Positions 51,727 through 61,635 of a DNA stretch of 64,000 nt are shown piece by piece. Position numbers and translations under genes: made by a program. Positions within the stretch are counted from its first letter, which is position 1. The number at the start of each line of letters is the position of its first letter. The DNA is taken from positions 417 to 64,416 of the forward strand of contig JAKPTF010000097.1 in NCBI GenBank assembly GCA_029571225.1. The letters are read 5' to 3'. This stretch comes from Candidatus Omnitrophota bacterium. GTDB lineage: Bacteria; Omnitrophota; Gorgyraeia; Gygaellales; Profunditerraquicolaceae. The notes beneath the pieces were generated by a model that did no database searches, was not told the origin of the DNA, and saw only the letters and a list, made by a program, of their open reading frames with translations.

Positions 51727-52718
51727 CGCAGAAAGACATTGTCCGATATCTGCTGGAACACGATCGCTCTGTTGTAACCAGCCTGTTTGCCCGGGCTGAC
51801 AGGGTGCGTAGCAGATTTGTTGGCTCCGGTGTTCATCTGCGCGGCCTCATCGAGTTCTCTAACTACTGTTGTCAGGACTGCCTTTATTGCGGATTGCGCC
51901 GGTCTAACCGCAGGGTCAAACGGTATCGCATGTTGTATGCGCAGATATTCGACGTGTGCAGGCAGGCTAAGGCCCTGGGGATTAAAACGATTGTCCTGCA
52001 ATCCGGTGAGGACCGCAGGTACAGGGTGCGCGACCTGTGCGGCCTGGTTACGGACATAAAAAAACTCGGCCTTGCCGTCACGCTTTCGATCGGCGAACTG
52101 TCTTATGCCCAATACCGTCAACTGCGCCTGGCAGGCGCTGACAGGTATCTTTTGAGATTCGAGACGTCTGACCCGAAGCTTTACGCGTCTCTGCGGCCTG
52201 GCCGGACGCTGGCACAGAGGCTTCGGTGCCTTTCGTGGCTTCATAAGCTTGGATATGAAACAGGTTCAGGCATGATGACCGGCCTGCCGGGCCAGACAGC
52301 CGGCAGTATTGCCGACGATATATGCCTGTTCGGAAAACTGGATTTAGATATGATCGGCATTGGGCCGTTTATCCCGCATCCGCACACGCCGCTTGCGAAG
52401 GCGCGGCCCGGGTCCCTGGAGCTTGTGCTTAAGGCAATAGCATTGACGCGCATCATGACGAGTGATACGAATATCCCTGCGACAACGGCTGCAGGCACCA
52501 TTGACCCTCGCGGCAGGGAAAAGGCATTGCGATGCGGTGCCAATGTGCTCATGCCGAATATGACCCCGCCGCCATACCGGAGGTTGTATGAGATATATCC
52601 TGATAAGGTCTGTATCAACGAAGGCGAATTCTCGCGCGGCGCGTATCTTGCCCGTATGATTCGCAGGATCGGCCGCACGATATCATCAGACTACGGATAT
52701 CGCAAAGGAGACAGATGA
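51723..52718 (+). CDS. hydE: HydE-like radical SAM enzyme (HydE/PylB/BioB clade)
   Basis: SNYCCQDCLYCGLRRSN (Cx3Cx2C), RFETSD, MMTGLPGQT, DMIGIGPFIPHPHTPL and NIPATTA...GANVLMPNMTPPPYRRLYEIYP. GTG 51723 gives a GTGA overlap; the track's ATG 51675 would overlap thiM by 52 nt. Confidence 0.7.
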   Translation: MTQKDIVRYLLEHDRSVVTSLFARADRVRSRFVGSGVHLRGLIEFSNYCCQDCLYCGLRRSNRRVKRYRMLYAQIFDVCRQAKALGIKTIVLQSGEDRRYRVRDLCGLVTDIKKLGLAVTLSIGELSYAQYRQLRLAGADRYLLRFETSDPKLYASLRPGRTLAQRLRCLSWLHKLGYETGSGMMTGLPGQTAGSIADDICLFGKLDLDMIGIGPFIPHPHTPLAKARPGSLELVLKAIALTRIMTSDTNIPATTAAGTIDPRGREKALRCGANVLMPNMTPPPYRRLYEIYPDKVCINEGEFSRGAYLARMIRRIGRTISSDYGYRKGDR

Positions 52719-53788
52719 AGCATAAGGTCCTGGTTGCCATGTCAGGCGGCCTCGATTCTTCGGTTGCGGCGTATCTCCTGGCCAGCAAAGGGTATGACGT
52801 TTCAGGGGTCACGATGTGCCTGGGGTTCGGTCGGCGCGGCTCGCAAAAAGAACGCCGGGCAGGCTCGGTCGACATCGAGGATGCCCGCAGGGTTTGCCGC
52901 ATGCTCGGCATCAAACATCATATCGTGGACCTGGGCGATATGTTCGAACGCAGGGTTATCAATTACTTTGCCGCCGAATATGCAGCTGGCAGGACGCCGA
53001 ATCCATGCGTCCAGTGCAACCGGCATCTCAAGTTTGGTGCGCTCGTAAAGCTATCGGTCAGAATGGGGTTTGACTTTCTTGCAACGGGACATTATGCGGC
53101 CATCGGGTCATATAAAGGGCAAATAGTGATCAGGAAGCCCCGTGATTTGCGAAAGGACCAGACATATTTTCTTTACGGCATACCCCAGGACGCATTGCCC
53201 AGGATCATGTTCCCTCTGGGATGCCTGACCAGGGACCAGGCGGGAAGGATCGCTTCTGCAGCCGGCCTTTCCGTAGCTGAAAAACCTCAGAGCCAGGATA
53301 TCTGTTTTGTCCCGGACGGGGATTACGCGAGTTTTCTTTTGCTGCGGGGGCATGATGCCTCTCCCGGCGATATCGTGGATGAGGACGGCCGCGTGATCGG
53401 CCGGCATCCGGGCACCATTCATTATACAATCGGGCAGCGTTCCGGACTGGGCATAAGCTCTGCTTATCCTCTTTATGTTCGCGCGATCGACGCGGCTCAT
53501 AACAGGCTCGTCGTGTGCGCCAGGCAGGGGCTGCGCGCGGACGGGCTGGTAGCCTGTAAAGTGAATTTACACGTCAAAGATTTTCCGCGCCGCGCCATGG
53601 TCAAGATCCGCTACGGACATGCCGCGGTGGCCGCGCAGGTTACGCTGCGCAAGGGAAGATTGCGCGTCATGTTCGCTTCGCCCCAGGAATCCGTGACGCC
53701 GGGACAGTCGGCCGTTTTGTACGACCGCGATGCGCTTTTAGGGGGCGGGCTCATAGAACGCGTGATACGGAGGGGACATGGGAGATGA
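52715..53788 (+). CDS. mnmA: tRNA 2-thiouridine(34) synthase
   Basis: ATGA overlap with the upstream gene. VLVAMSGGLDSSVAAYLL PP-loop, NPCVQCN, ATGHYA and KDQTYFL. Confidence 0.9.
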   Translation: MKHKVLVAMSGGLDSSVAAYLLASKGYDVSGVTMCLGFGRRGSQKERRAGSVDIEDARRVCRMLGIKHHIVDLGDMFERRVINYFAAEYAAGRTPNPCVQCNRHLKFGALVKLSVRMGFDFLATGHYAAIGSYKGQIVIRKPRDLRKDQTYFLYGIPQDALPRIMFPLGCLTRDQAGRIASAAGLSVAEKPQSQDICFVPDGDYASFLLLRGHDASPGDIVDEDGRVIGRHPGTIHYTIGQRSGLGISSAYPLYVRAIDAAHNRLVVCARQGLRADGLVACKVNLHVKDFPRRAMVKIRYGHAAVAAQVTLRKGRLRVMFASPQESVTPGQSAVLYDRDALLGGGLIERVIRRGHGR

Positions 53789-54797
53789 TGCCAGGATCTG
53801 CTCGCGATGCGTGCTGCCGCATTCGCCGCCGCATATCGTTCTGGACGATTCCGGCGTGTGCAGTATCTGCCGTGAACATGAAAAAAAATCCGGTGCAAAA
53901 CAAACGCCGTTGCTTGAGACCGATTTTATTAATATATTAAACCGCCATAAGGGCAGAGGTTCATACGACTGTCTTGTCATGTGTTCGGGCGGCAAGGACT
54001 CAACGGCGGCGCTGTATTATATGAAAAGAAGGTACCGGCGCCGGGTCCTTGCCTTTACCTTCGACCACGGCTTCGAGACCGAAGAGGCGGTGTCGAACGT
54101 CCGCAACGCGGTCGAGATACTCGGCGTGGACCATCTTTATTTCAGGTCGGACCATATGAAAGAGATGTTCGCTGACATCGTAAGGTCAGGCTCGAATGCG
54201 GTGCTGTGCCATGTATGCTCGATCTGGTATATGCAGGTCACCTTCGATATCGCCCGGCGGTACGATATTCCGGTCATCATCGCGGGGTGGACCAGGGGCC
54301 AGGCCGCCAGCCGCGACGCATCAGCCGGGTACTCCTATAACGGCCGCCAGCCTGAGTTCGCGGCCATGGCCGCGGCGACGCGGGCGTTCCTCGACGATTA
54401 CGCACGGAGAAATTCCCGGTATCGGGATTTTCCGCGCAGCATGGACGAGGCCGTGGCGCGCGCTTCGAAAAGACACCGGTGCCTGGTTCTGTCCCCGCAC
54501 TGGTTCCTGCCCGTGGACAGCGATTCGTATACGGCGCTCCTGGAAAAGGAGCTGCGATGGAAAATGCCTTCAGAAAGTTATCCGGCGCGTTCGACCAACT
54601 GCATGCTGAATTTTCTGTCGGTCCATAATTCGATGAAACATTTCGGTTATACCCATTACCATGTGGAGATGAGCAAGATGATCAGGGAAGGGGTTCTTTC
54701 CCGGGAAGAGGCGCTTGACCTGTTGAAGGTCGGATTTGAAGAAAAGGTCCTGGACAGCGTGAGGCAGCGGCTTGGTTGCGGCCTCAGCGCGACGTGA
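53778..54797 (+). CDS. PP-loop ATPase with N-terminal Cys4 ribbon (N-acetyl-sugar amidotransferase WbuX/PseA-like)
   Basis: CSRCVLP...GVCSICREHE followed by CLVMCSGGKDST (PP-loop SGGxDS). 11-nt overlap with mnmA. Confidence 0.5.
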   Translation: MGDDARICSRCVLPHSPPHIVLDDSGVCSICREHEKKSGAKQTPLLETDFINILNRHKGRGSYDCLVMCSGGKDSTAALYYMKRRYRRRVLAFTFDHGFETEEAVSNVRNAVEILGVDHLYFRSDHMKEMFADIVRSGSNAVLCHVCSIWYMQVTFDIARRYDIPVIIAGWTRGQAASRDASAGYSYNGRQPEFAAMAAATRAFLDDYARRNSRYRDFPRSMDEAVARASKRHRCLVLSPHWFLPVDSDSYTALLEKELRWKMPSESYPARSTNCMLNFLSVHNSMKHFGYTHYHVEMSKMIREGVLSREEALDLLKVGFEEKVLDSVRQRLGCGLSAT

Positions 54798-54822
54798 CCC
54801 GGCGGATAAAAAAGGAGGAGTC

Positions 54823-55383
54823 ATGATAGGATGGATTATTCTGGCGTTACTTGTCGCTGCGGGGCTGTGGCTCGCGGGCGCGTACAACCACCTGGTCGCG
54901 CTCAAGAACGAGGTCCTGAACGGCTGGAAGCAGATCGACGTGCAATTGAAGCGCCGCTATGACCTGATCCCGAACCTGGTCGAGACGGTCAAAGGCATTA
55001 TGAAATTCGAACAGGACACCTTTACCAGGGTAATCGAGGCCCGTAACAAGGCGGTATCCGTGCAGGGTATCGCGGACAAGGCGGTCCAGGAGAATATACT
55101 CTCAGGCGCCCTTCGCCAGCTTTTCGCGCTTGTCGAGAACTATCCGCAGCTGAAATCCAACGAGAACGTGGCCAGGCTTCAGGAGGAGCTCGTATCTACG
55201 GAGAACCGCATAGGTTTCGCTCGGCAGTTCTATAACGACATCGCCACAAAATTCAACATCGCGATCCAGAGTTTCCCGTCGAACCTGATAGCCGGCATGT
55301 TCAATTTCAAGACTGCCGAACTATTCGAAGTCTCCGACGAGGCGCAGAAACAGGCGCCGAAGGTGGACCTGAACCTGAAATGA
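54823..55383 (+). CDS. lemA: LemA-family protein
   Basis: N-terminal TM helix, then YNHLVALKNEV...W.QIDVQLKRRYDLIPNLVETVK...ENYPQLKSNENV...E..I..AR..YN. Confidence 0.85.
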   Translation: MIGWIILALLVAAGLWLAGAYNHLVALKNEVLNGWKQIDVQLKRRYDLIPNLVETVKGIMKFEQDTFTRVIEARNKAVSVQGIADKAVQENILSGALRQLFALVENYPQLKSNENVARLQEELVSTENRIGFARQFYNDIATKFNIAIQSFPSNLIAGMFNFKTAELFEVSDEAQKQAPKVDLNLK

Positions 55384-56309
55384 ACATATACGAGCAGATC
55401 GCGCATAACAGGCGCATGACGTGGCTGGTAGTTTCCCTGTTCGTGATCTTTTTTTTGTTCATCGGAGCGATGTTCGATATGCTTTATACCGGCATTCCGT
55501 TCTTCTCAGTGATCGCGCTTTTGACCGCGGGCTTCTCGAGCTTTATGTCCTACCGCTACGGCGATAAAATGGTCCTGGCGTCGTGCGGGGCGCATCCGCT
55601 CGACCTTGATGACCCTGCCCAGCGCCAATGGCAGAATGTGGTCGAAGAGATGTCAATCGCCGCGGGGCTGCCCGTGCCAGCGACCTTCATCATAGACGAG
55701 GAAGACCCCAATGCCTTTGCGACCGGACGGGGTCCTGGGCATTCTTCGATCGCGGTGACGCGAGGCCTGCTCGCCCGCCTTAACCGCGAAGAACAGCAGG
55801 CCGTCGCAGGGCATGAGATGTCCCATATCATGAACTACGATATCAGGCTGATGCTCATCATATCATCCCTGGTCGGCGCAGTCGCCCTGATCTCGGACTG
55901 GGCGAACCGGTCGCTCTTCAGATCCCGCAGAAGGTCGTCGTCGGGCTCAGATTCCTCATACAGCATCATTATTCTGGCAATATGGCTGATCACCGCGGTT
56001 CTTGCGCCGTTTGTCTCCAGGGTCCTGGCGATGCTTGTGTCACGCGCGCGCGAATATCTCGCGGACGCCTCGGGCGCCCGGATCACCAGGAATCCGCTCG
56101 CACTGGCGAGCGCTCTGGAGAAGATCGAAATGGCCGTCAAACCCACTACAAGCGGGAACCACGGCCACGCGCATTTATGGATTGTTGATCCAAGAGGCAG
56201 CAACATGGGCATGCGCCAGGGCAGGGTTGCCGACCTGTTCGCGACTCATCCTCCCATTGAGTTGCGCATCGCCGCGTTGAAGAAGATGGCGTATGAACCG
56301 TCAGGTTAA
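55380..56309 (+). CDS. htpX: M48 zinc metalloprotease HtpX homologue
   Basis: ATGA overlap with lemA. HEMSHIMNYD (HExxH), EYLADASGA and THPPIELRI. Confidence 0.85.
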   Translation: MNIYEQIAHNRRMTWLVVSLFVIFFLFIGAMFDMLYTGIPFFSVIALLTAGFSSFMSYRYGDKMVLASCGAHPLDLDDPAQRQWQNVVEEMSIAAGLPVPATFIIDEEDPNAFATGRGPGHSSIAVTRGLLARLNREEQQAVAGHEMSHIMNYDIRLMLIISSLVGAVALISDWANRSLFRSRRRSSSGSDSSYSIIILAIWLITAVLAPFVSRVLAMLVSRAREYLADASGARITRNPLALASALEKIEMAVKPTTSGNHGHAHLWIVDPRGSNMGMRQGRVADLFATHPPIELRIAALKKMAYEPSG

Positions 56310-56314
56310 TCTCC

Positions 56315-56343
56315 TTGATAGCAGATGTGTTTTGCGGTAAAAT
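56315..56343 (+). promoter_or_regulatory. Putative promoter
   Basis: TTGATA (56315-56320), 17-nt spacer, TAAAAT (56338-56343). Confidence 0.45.
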
Positions 56344-56388
56344 ACGGCTGATGACACAAATAATATCCCCTTTGCAAGGAGGTCTTCG

Positions 56389-56760
56389 ATGGCTGGCAGG
56401 AAAATTCTGGTGGTGGATGATGAAGTCGACGTCCGCGACATCCTGAGCAAAAAACTGACCGAGAGCGGCTATGACGTCAAAGTCCTGTCCGCGGGCAAGG
56501 ATGTCCTCCAACATTGCAGGGTGAGCCCCCCGGATCTTCTCCTTCTGGATATCGTACTCAACGACACGGACGGATATTCTGTCGCCGAAGAACTGCGCAG
56601 GGATAAATCAATACCCAAAGTCCCCATTATCTTCATGACAGGCCAGGACCTCGATGTCCCCGAAATGGCAAGGAACAGCGCGCGCTTCGGCGTGTGCGAT
56701 TTTATCACCAAGCCGTGCGCCTTCGCTGACGTGCTGGAGAAGATCCGTCTCTTCATATGA
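56389..56760 (+). CDS. Single-domain response regulator (REC only)
   Basis: ILVVDDE, LLLLDIVLND, FMTG and TKPC. Confidence 0.85.
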   Translation: MAGRKILVVDDEVDVRDILSKKLTESGYDVKVLSAGKDVLQHCRVSPPDLLLLDIVLNDTDGYSVAEELRRDKSIPKVPIIFMTGQDLDVPEMARNSARFGVCDFITKPCAFADVLEKIRLFI

Positions 56761-57371
56761 GCAAAAAAGACAAGAAGATCGTCCTTATCGCACAGTGCCT
56801 GGTCAATCCGTACTGCCGCGTTCATATCCTCGGCCAGAATTTCCCTTTATCGAAAAAGCTCATGGATTATCTGCTCGACCATAAGGTCGGCGTCATCCAG
56901 TATTCCTGCCCGGAAACGACCGCGATGGGGCTCATGCGCAATCCGCAGGGCAGGCAGCAGTATGACAATATATTCTTTCGCAGCCATTGCAAGGAATTGC
57001 TTAAAACCCCGATGCTCATGGTACGCGAGTTCATCAAGAACGGATACCGGCTATGCTGTTTTATCGGCCTGGAAAACAGTCCTACCTGCGGCATCCACTG
57101 GGGCAGGCATAAGGTCAACAGGTATCAGACAGAGTCGCCGAATCCGGTCGAGAATCCCGGGCCGGATGATCCTGTGCTCATGGGCATCATGGCCGAGATC
57201 ATAAAGGAGGAACTCGGGGCGGACGCAGGAAAAGTGCCTTTTCTTGAATTCCCCGCGCTTGAACCTGACACGTCCGAGCGCGTCGAGCGGTTCTGGCAGG
57301 AATTGGCAAAACTGGTCCAGCCTCCGTTGCCAGCGGCTGATTCGTCTGCGACCGGAAGCATGCCCTCATGA
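56757..57371 (+). CDS. DUF523/TudS-related predicted Fe-S protein
   Basis: ATGA overlap with the REC gene. AQCLVNPYCR, QYSCPETTAMGL and NSPTCG resemble the three-Cys DUF523 (2-thiouracil desulfurase-related) layout. Assignment is tentative. Confidence 0.45.
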   Translation: MSKKDKKIVLIAQCLVNPYCRVHILGQNFPLSKKLMDYLLDHKVGVIQYSCPETTAMGLMRNPQGRQQYDNIFFRSHCKELLKTPMLMVREFIKNGYRLCCFIGLENSPTCGIHWGRHKVNRYQTESPNPVENPGPDDPVLMGIMAEIIKEELGADAGKVPFLEFPALEPDTSERVERFWQELAKLVQPPLPAADSSATGSMPS

Positions 57372-58258
57372 AACGCGTTACATCATGCATGATCCTGTGC
57401 GCGGCGCTTCTGTGCAACTGCCGGTGTCTTGCGCTTGATTGGAAGGCATTGCATGAGCAGGCTGACCGCACTGACCTGCGCACTGCGTTGATGCGCGTTG
57501 ACAAAGACCCACGTTCCGTCCCTGACCTGTACCTGCTTGGATTGGTGTATCTTGAAACGTATCAGCCCGACAAGGCGGGGGAGGTTTTCGGCCGGCTTCT
57601 GTCAGTGGACCCACAGTCCGTAGAAGGTATCTGGGGCAAGGCTGAAGTCATGCGCAGGGATCACCGGTATGACCAGGCTGAAGACCTGCTGGTAGGGATT
57701 ATCGAGATAGACCCGGATTTCTGTCCCGCATACCTGTCTCTTGCTTATATTCGGTTTGCCCAGGCACGGTTCGAGGATTCAGCCAACTATGCACTGACGG
57801 TCGTGCGCAAAAATTCCCGTGACGTCGATACGAGCACGTATGCGCGGGCGCACCTGATTTATGCCGGCGCCAAAGGGATGATCTCTTACTTCGGCGGCCC
57901 CATGTCGCATTTTATCAACGGCATAATCGTTATGCCGACTCTTAGGGAGGCGCAGGAGATGAAACCTGATAGCCCGGAGGTCCTGTTTGGTTTCGGCTGC
58001 TATTATCTGCTTGCCCCGCGGGGCATGGGCAAGAACATCCGCCTGGCCCAATATTATCTCGAGCGGCTCGTGGAAGACGAGCCGTTGTTTCCTGACGGAT
58101 TTGCGCGGCTGGCCCAGGTGTATAAGATCCAGGGCGATCAGAAGCGGTATGAGCAGATGCTCAATACCGCGCTTGAGCTTGACCCCCGTTGCGAACTGGC
58201 CCTTGATATAAAAAACGGTTGGTGCAGATTCATTTGTCCCGAGAAGAAAATGCGTTGA
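57368..58258 (+). CDS. Secreted TPR-repeat protein
   Basis: ATGA overlap with the upstream gene. Signal-like N-terminus and several 34-aa TPR-like repeats (YLLGLVYLETYQPDKAGEVFGRLLSVDP etc.). Confidence 0.6.
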   Translation: MKRVTSCMILCAALLCNCRCLALDWKALHEQADRTDLRTALMRVDKDPRSVPDLYLLGLVYLETYQPDKAGEVFGRLLSVDPQSVEGIWGKAEVMRRDHRYDQAEDLLVGIIEIDPDFCPAYLSLAYIRFAQARFEDSANYALTVVRKNSRDVDTSTYARAHLIYAGAKGMISYFGGPMSHFINGIIVMPTLREAQEMKPDSPEVLFGFGCYYLLAPRGMGKNIRLAQYYLERLVEDEPLFPDGFARLAQVYKIQGDQKRYEQMLNTALELDPRCELALDIKNGWCRFICPEKKMR

Positions 58259-58267
58259 AAGGAGCGT

Positions 58268-58885
58268 ATGAAAAGGTTATGTATATGGGGATATGCGCTT
58301 ATATTCATGTTATTTCAGGCGGCGACGGCATGGGCGACGAATCCCGGCAATAAACTGGTTCGGGGTATTATCAATATACCCACGAGCCTCATAGAGATCC
58401 CTCACGCGTATTCCCGTTCGAAAGAAGTCCTGTCCGATTTCAGCAGGAAGCATCCTGAGGAGTTCCTGACGCCGACGGTCAATACCCCGTATCAGTATTT
58501 GGTCAGGGCTCCGCTTACGGGCATCACGAAAATGGTGTGCCGGCTGCTTGCAGGCTGTTACGATATCGTGACATTCCCGTTTTCGATGCCTAGGTATTAT
58601 GCGCCCCTTTATGAGCCGGAGTTCGTGTTTGACACCATGCCCTACGCGTTCAAGATCTACGAGCAGGGCCTTGTATACATGAACCGCGGCCGGTACCGCG
58701 CCGCCGCAGCCCGGTTCAGTGAGGCCATCAAGGTCGATCCTGCCAACGGCCAGGCTTTCTATCAGCGAGGCAGGGCCTATGGCCTTATTGACAGGTACCG
58801 CGAATCGGTGGATGACCTGAACACGGCGGATTCTCTCGGGTATCATCCGGAACTCGAGCATATCGCGTCCCCGGACGACGATTGA
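58268..58885 (+). CDS. TIGR04073-like ('exosortase-system-associated') domain fused to a C-terminal TPR
   Basis: Signal peptide. KLVRGIINIPTSLIEIP and GITKMVCRLLAGCYDIVTFPFSMP...YEPEFVF recall TIGR04073. Then AARFSEAIKVDPANGQAFYQRGRAY (TPR). Confidence 0.5.
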   Translation: MKRLCIWGYALIFMLFQAATAWATNPGNKLVRGIINIPTSLIEIPHAYSRSKEVLSDFSRKHPEEFLTPTVNTPYQYLVRAPLTGITKMVCRLLAGCYDIVTFPFSMPRYYAPLYEPEFVFDTMPYAFKIYEQGLVYMNRGRYRAAAARFSEAIKVDPANGQAFYQRGRAYGLIDRYRESVDDLNTADSLGYHPELEHIASPDDD

Positions 58886-58908
58886 ATTGTCTTCGATGAG
58901 TATTAGAT

Positions 58909-59091
58909 ATGTCTGAACATATTTGCCCCCATTGCAAAAAGCCCATATACGACGATGAGGCGCTTCTGTGCCTGTACTGCGGAGAGAGCCTCGGGCGCCC
59001 CAAATATTTCCTGAAACCCAGGATCGTATTCATTTTTATCGTGATCGTTTTGCTTTTGAGCTTTCTTGCCCTGGCAATCAGGACGTTCTAA
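58909..59091 (+). CDS. Small zinc-ribbon protein with a C-terminal TM helix
   Basis: CPHCKKPI...CLYCG followed by [19 protein letters not shown]. 60 aa. Confidence 0.45.
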   Translation: MSEHICPHCKKPIYDDEALLCLYCGESLGRPKYFLKPRIVFIFIVIVLLLSFLALAIRTF

Positions 59092-59102
59092 AGGAGGATG
59101 TT

Positions 59103-61481
59103 ATGGCCGCAAAGCCTTTATCGGCAGACGAACTTCGAAGGATGGACGCGTACTGGCGGGCCGCGAATTATCTTTCAGTGGGCCAGATTTACCTGCTCGA
59201 CAACCCTCTGTTAAAGGAGCCGCTTTCGCTCAAGCATATCAAACCGCGCCTCCTCGGCCACTGGGGCACGACCCCGGGACTGAATTTCATTTACGTGCAC
59301 ATGAACCGCGCAATCAGAAAATTCGACCTCAACGCTATTTATATCACAGGGCCGGGCCACGGCGGGCCGGCTCTTGTGGCCAATACGTACCTGGAAGGCA
59401 CCTACAGCGAATATTACCCGGATGTTTCGCAGGACGAAGAGGGCATGCGCAAATTATTCAAGCAATTCTCGTTTCCGGGCGGCGTGCCGAGCCATGTTGG
59501 CGCAGAAACCCCGGGGTCCATCCATGAAGGGGGTGAACTGGGATATTCGGTCGCGCACGCGTTCGGCGCGGCATTCGACAACCCGGACCTGTTCGTCGTT
59601 TGTGTAGTAGGGGACGGAGAGGCTGAAACCGGGCCGCTTGCCACAGCGTGGCATTCGAATAAATTCCTGAATCCTGCCAGGGACGGCGCAGTCCTGCCCA
59701 TCCTGCATCTGAACGGCTACAAGATCGCCAATCCGACTGTGCTGGCGCGCATAGACAAGGCCGAGCTCAAGAGCCTGTTAGCAGGGTACGGGTATGAACC
59801 GTATTTTGTCGAAGGTTCCGATCCTAAGGCCATGCATCAGCTTATGGCAAAAACGATGGATTCTGTCATTTCGCGCATAAAGGGCATACAGAAACGTGCA
59901 CGAACCGCGCGATCAAAACGTGTAGCTCGTCCGGTATGGCCGATGATCGTCCTGAATACTCCCAAGGGCTGGACCGGGCCGAAAAGCATCGACGGCCTCA
60001 AGACAGAGGGATACTGGAGGTCGCATCAGGTCCCGTTTTCAGAAATGGCAGAGAAGCCGGGGCATATCGCAGCGCTTGAGCGCTGGATGAAGAGTTACCG
60101 TCCGGAGGAATTGTTCGACAAAAAAGGCAGGTTATTGCCTGAACTGGCTTCGCTTGCGCCCAGGGGTAGGCGACGCATGGGCGACAATCCCAACGCCAAC
60201 GGAGGAGAACTTTTGCGCGATTTGAAAATGCCGGATTTCCGCAAATACGCCGTGCGAGTCGATGCGCCTGGCGTAGCTGAGTCGGAACCGACGCGCGTCA
60301 TGGGGTATTTCCTTCGCGATATCATGAAGGCCAATTTGAAGTCCCGGAATTTCCGGGTTTTCGGCCCGGACGAGACGACGTCGAACCGCCTGGGTGCTAT
60401 ACTCGAAGCCACGGACCGGACATGGCTGGCAAAAATCCTTCCCGAAGACGACCGTCTTGCACCTGACGGCCGGGTCATGGAGATATTGAGCGAACACACC
60501 TGCCAGGGATGGCTGGAGGGGTATCTTCTGACAGGCAGGCACGGGCTGTTCTCCTGCTACGAGGCGTTCATCCATATCGTCGATTCCATGTTCAACCAGC
60601 ACGCGAAATGGCTAAAGATTTCGCGCAACATACCCTGGCGCAGGCCCATCGCGTCGCTCAACTATCTTTTGACCTCGCATGTCTGGCGGCAGGACCATAA
60701 CGGTTCCTCCCACCAGGACCCGGGCTTTATCGACCACGTCGTAAACAAGAAGGCCCAGATCATCAGGGTATATCTTCCGCCTGATACGAATACGCTGTTA
60801 TCGGTCACGGACCATTGCCTGCGGTCCAGGCACTATGTGAACGTGATTATTGCCGGAAAACACTCCGGCTTGCAATACCTCGATATCGATGCCGCGGTCC
60901 GGCATTGCACCAAAGGCATCGGGATATGGGACTGGGCATCTAACGACCGCACCGGCAGCCCGGATGTTGTCATGGCCTGCGCAGGCGACGTCCCGACTTT
61001 GGAAACTCTTGCCGCGGTGGATATACTGCGGCAGCGATTTCCAGAACTGAAGGTGCGCGTTGTGAACGTCGTAGATCTTATGACACTCCAGCCGCAGAGC
61101 GAGCATCCGCACGGCCTGTCCGACAGGGATTTCGACAGCCTCTTCACCACTGATAAGCCGATCATCTTTGCGTTCCACGGATACCCCTGGCTAATCCACC
61201 GGCTCATATACCGCCGGACCAATCACCGGAACCTTCACGTGCGAGGCTACAAAGAGGAAGGCACGACTACTACCCCGTTCGACATGGCGGTCATGAACGA
61301 GATCGATCGTTTCAATCTCGTTGACGACGTTATCGACCGCGTTGAAAAACTCCATGCCACAGCGGGCCGAGTCAAGGAATGGCTTCACGACAAGCTGGTA
61401 GAGCATAAACAGTATATCTCGGTCCACGGCGAAGACATGCCCGAGATCCGGAACTGGAAATGGCCTTATGGCGTGAACTGA
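59103..61481 (+). CDS. xfp: Xylulose-5-P/fructose-6-P phosphoketolase
   Basis: [37 protein letters not shown] and GDGEAETGP. 792 aa. The track ORF 58968 is an upstream extension. Confidence 0.92.
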   Translation: MAAKPLSADELRRMDAYWRAANYLSVGQIYLLDNPLLKEPLSLKHIKPRLLGHWGTTPGLNFIYVHMNRAIRKFDLNAIYITGPGHGGPALVANTYLEGTYSEYYPDVSQDEEGMRKLFKQFSFPGGVPSHVGAETPGSIHEGGELGYSVAHAFGAAFDNPDLFVVCVVGDGEAETGPLATAWHSNKFLNPARDGAVLPILHLNGYKIANPTVLARIDKAELKSLLAGYGYEPYFVEGSDPKAMHQLMAKTMDSVISRIKGIQKRARTARSKRVARPVWPMIVLNTPKGWTGPKSIDGLKTEGYWRSHQVPFSEMAEKPGHIAALERWMKSYRPEELFDKKGRLLPELASLAPRGRRRMGDNPNANGGELLRDLKMPDFRKYAVRVDAPGVAESEPTRVMGYFLRDIMKANLKSRNFRVFGPDETTSNRLGAILEATDRTWLAKILPEDDRLAPDGRVMEILSEHTCQGWLEGYLLTGRHGLFSCYEAFIHIVDSMFNQHAKWLKISRNIPWRRPIASLNYLLTSHVWRQDHNGSSHQDPGFIDHVVNKKAQIIRVYLPPDTNTLLSVTDHCLRSRHYVNVIIAGKHSGLQYLDIDAAVRHCTKGIGIWDWASNDRTGSPDVVMACAGDVPTLETLAAVDILRQRFPELKVRVVNVVDLMTLQPQSEHPHGLSDRDFDSLFTTDKPIIFAFHGYPWLIHRLIYRRTNHRNLHVRGYKEEGTTTTPFDMAVMNEIDRFNLVDDVIDRVEKLHATAGRVKEWLHDKLVEHKQYISVHGEDMPEIRNWKWPYGVN

Positions 61482-61596
61482 CGGCATGAAAAGATATACG
61501 TCCAGTGAAACCCGGCATTCATAAGGCTATCCCAGATAACGGCCGTTTCAGCCTGCAGCACGCTTCCTCAATCCCATTTCATTTTCTTTCCGGGCG

Positions 61597-61605
61597 TGGT
61601 ATAAT
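61597..61605 (+). promoter_or_regulatory. Extended -10 element (TGG-TATAAT)
   Basis: TGGTATAAT lies 31 nt upstream of ATG 61636. The -35 is weak. Confidence 0.4.
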
Positions 61606-61635
61606 AACATCGCATTACTAATGCGGAGGTTATGC

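Noticed and set aside
51588-52244. 218-aa minus-strand ORF
   Set aside because: It is antisense to the HydE-like radical SAM gene and has no motifs.
61538-61547. Palindrome aacggccgtt downstream of the phosphoketolase gene, considered as a terminator
   Set aside because: It is self-complementary but leaves no room for a loop, and no T-tract follows. I could not identify a convincing terminator for xfp.
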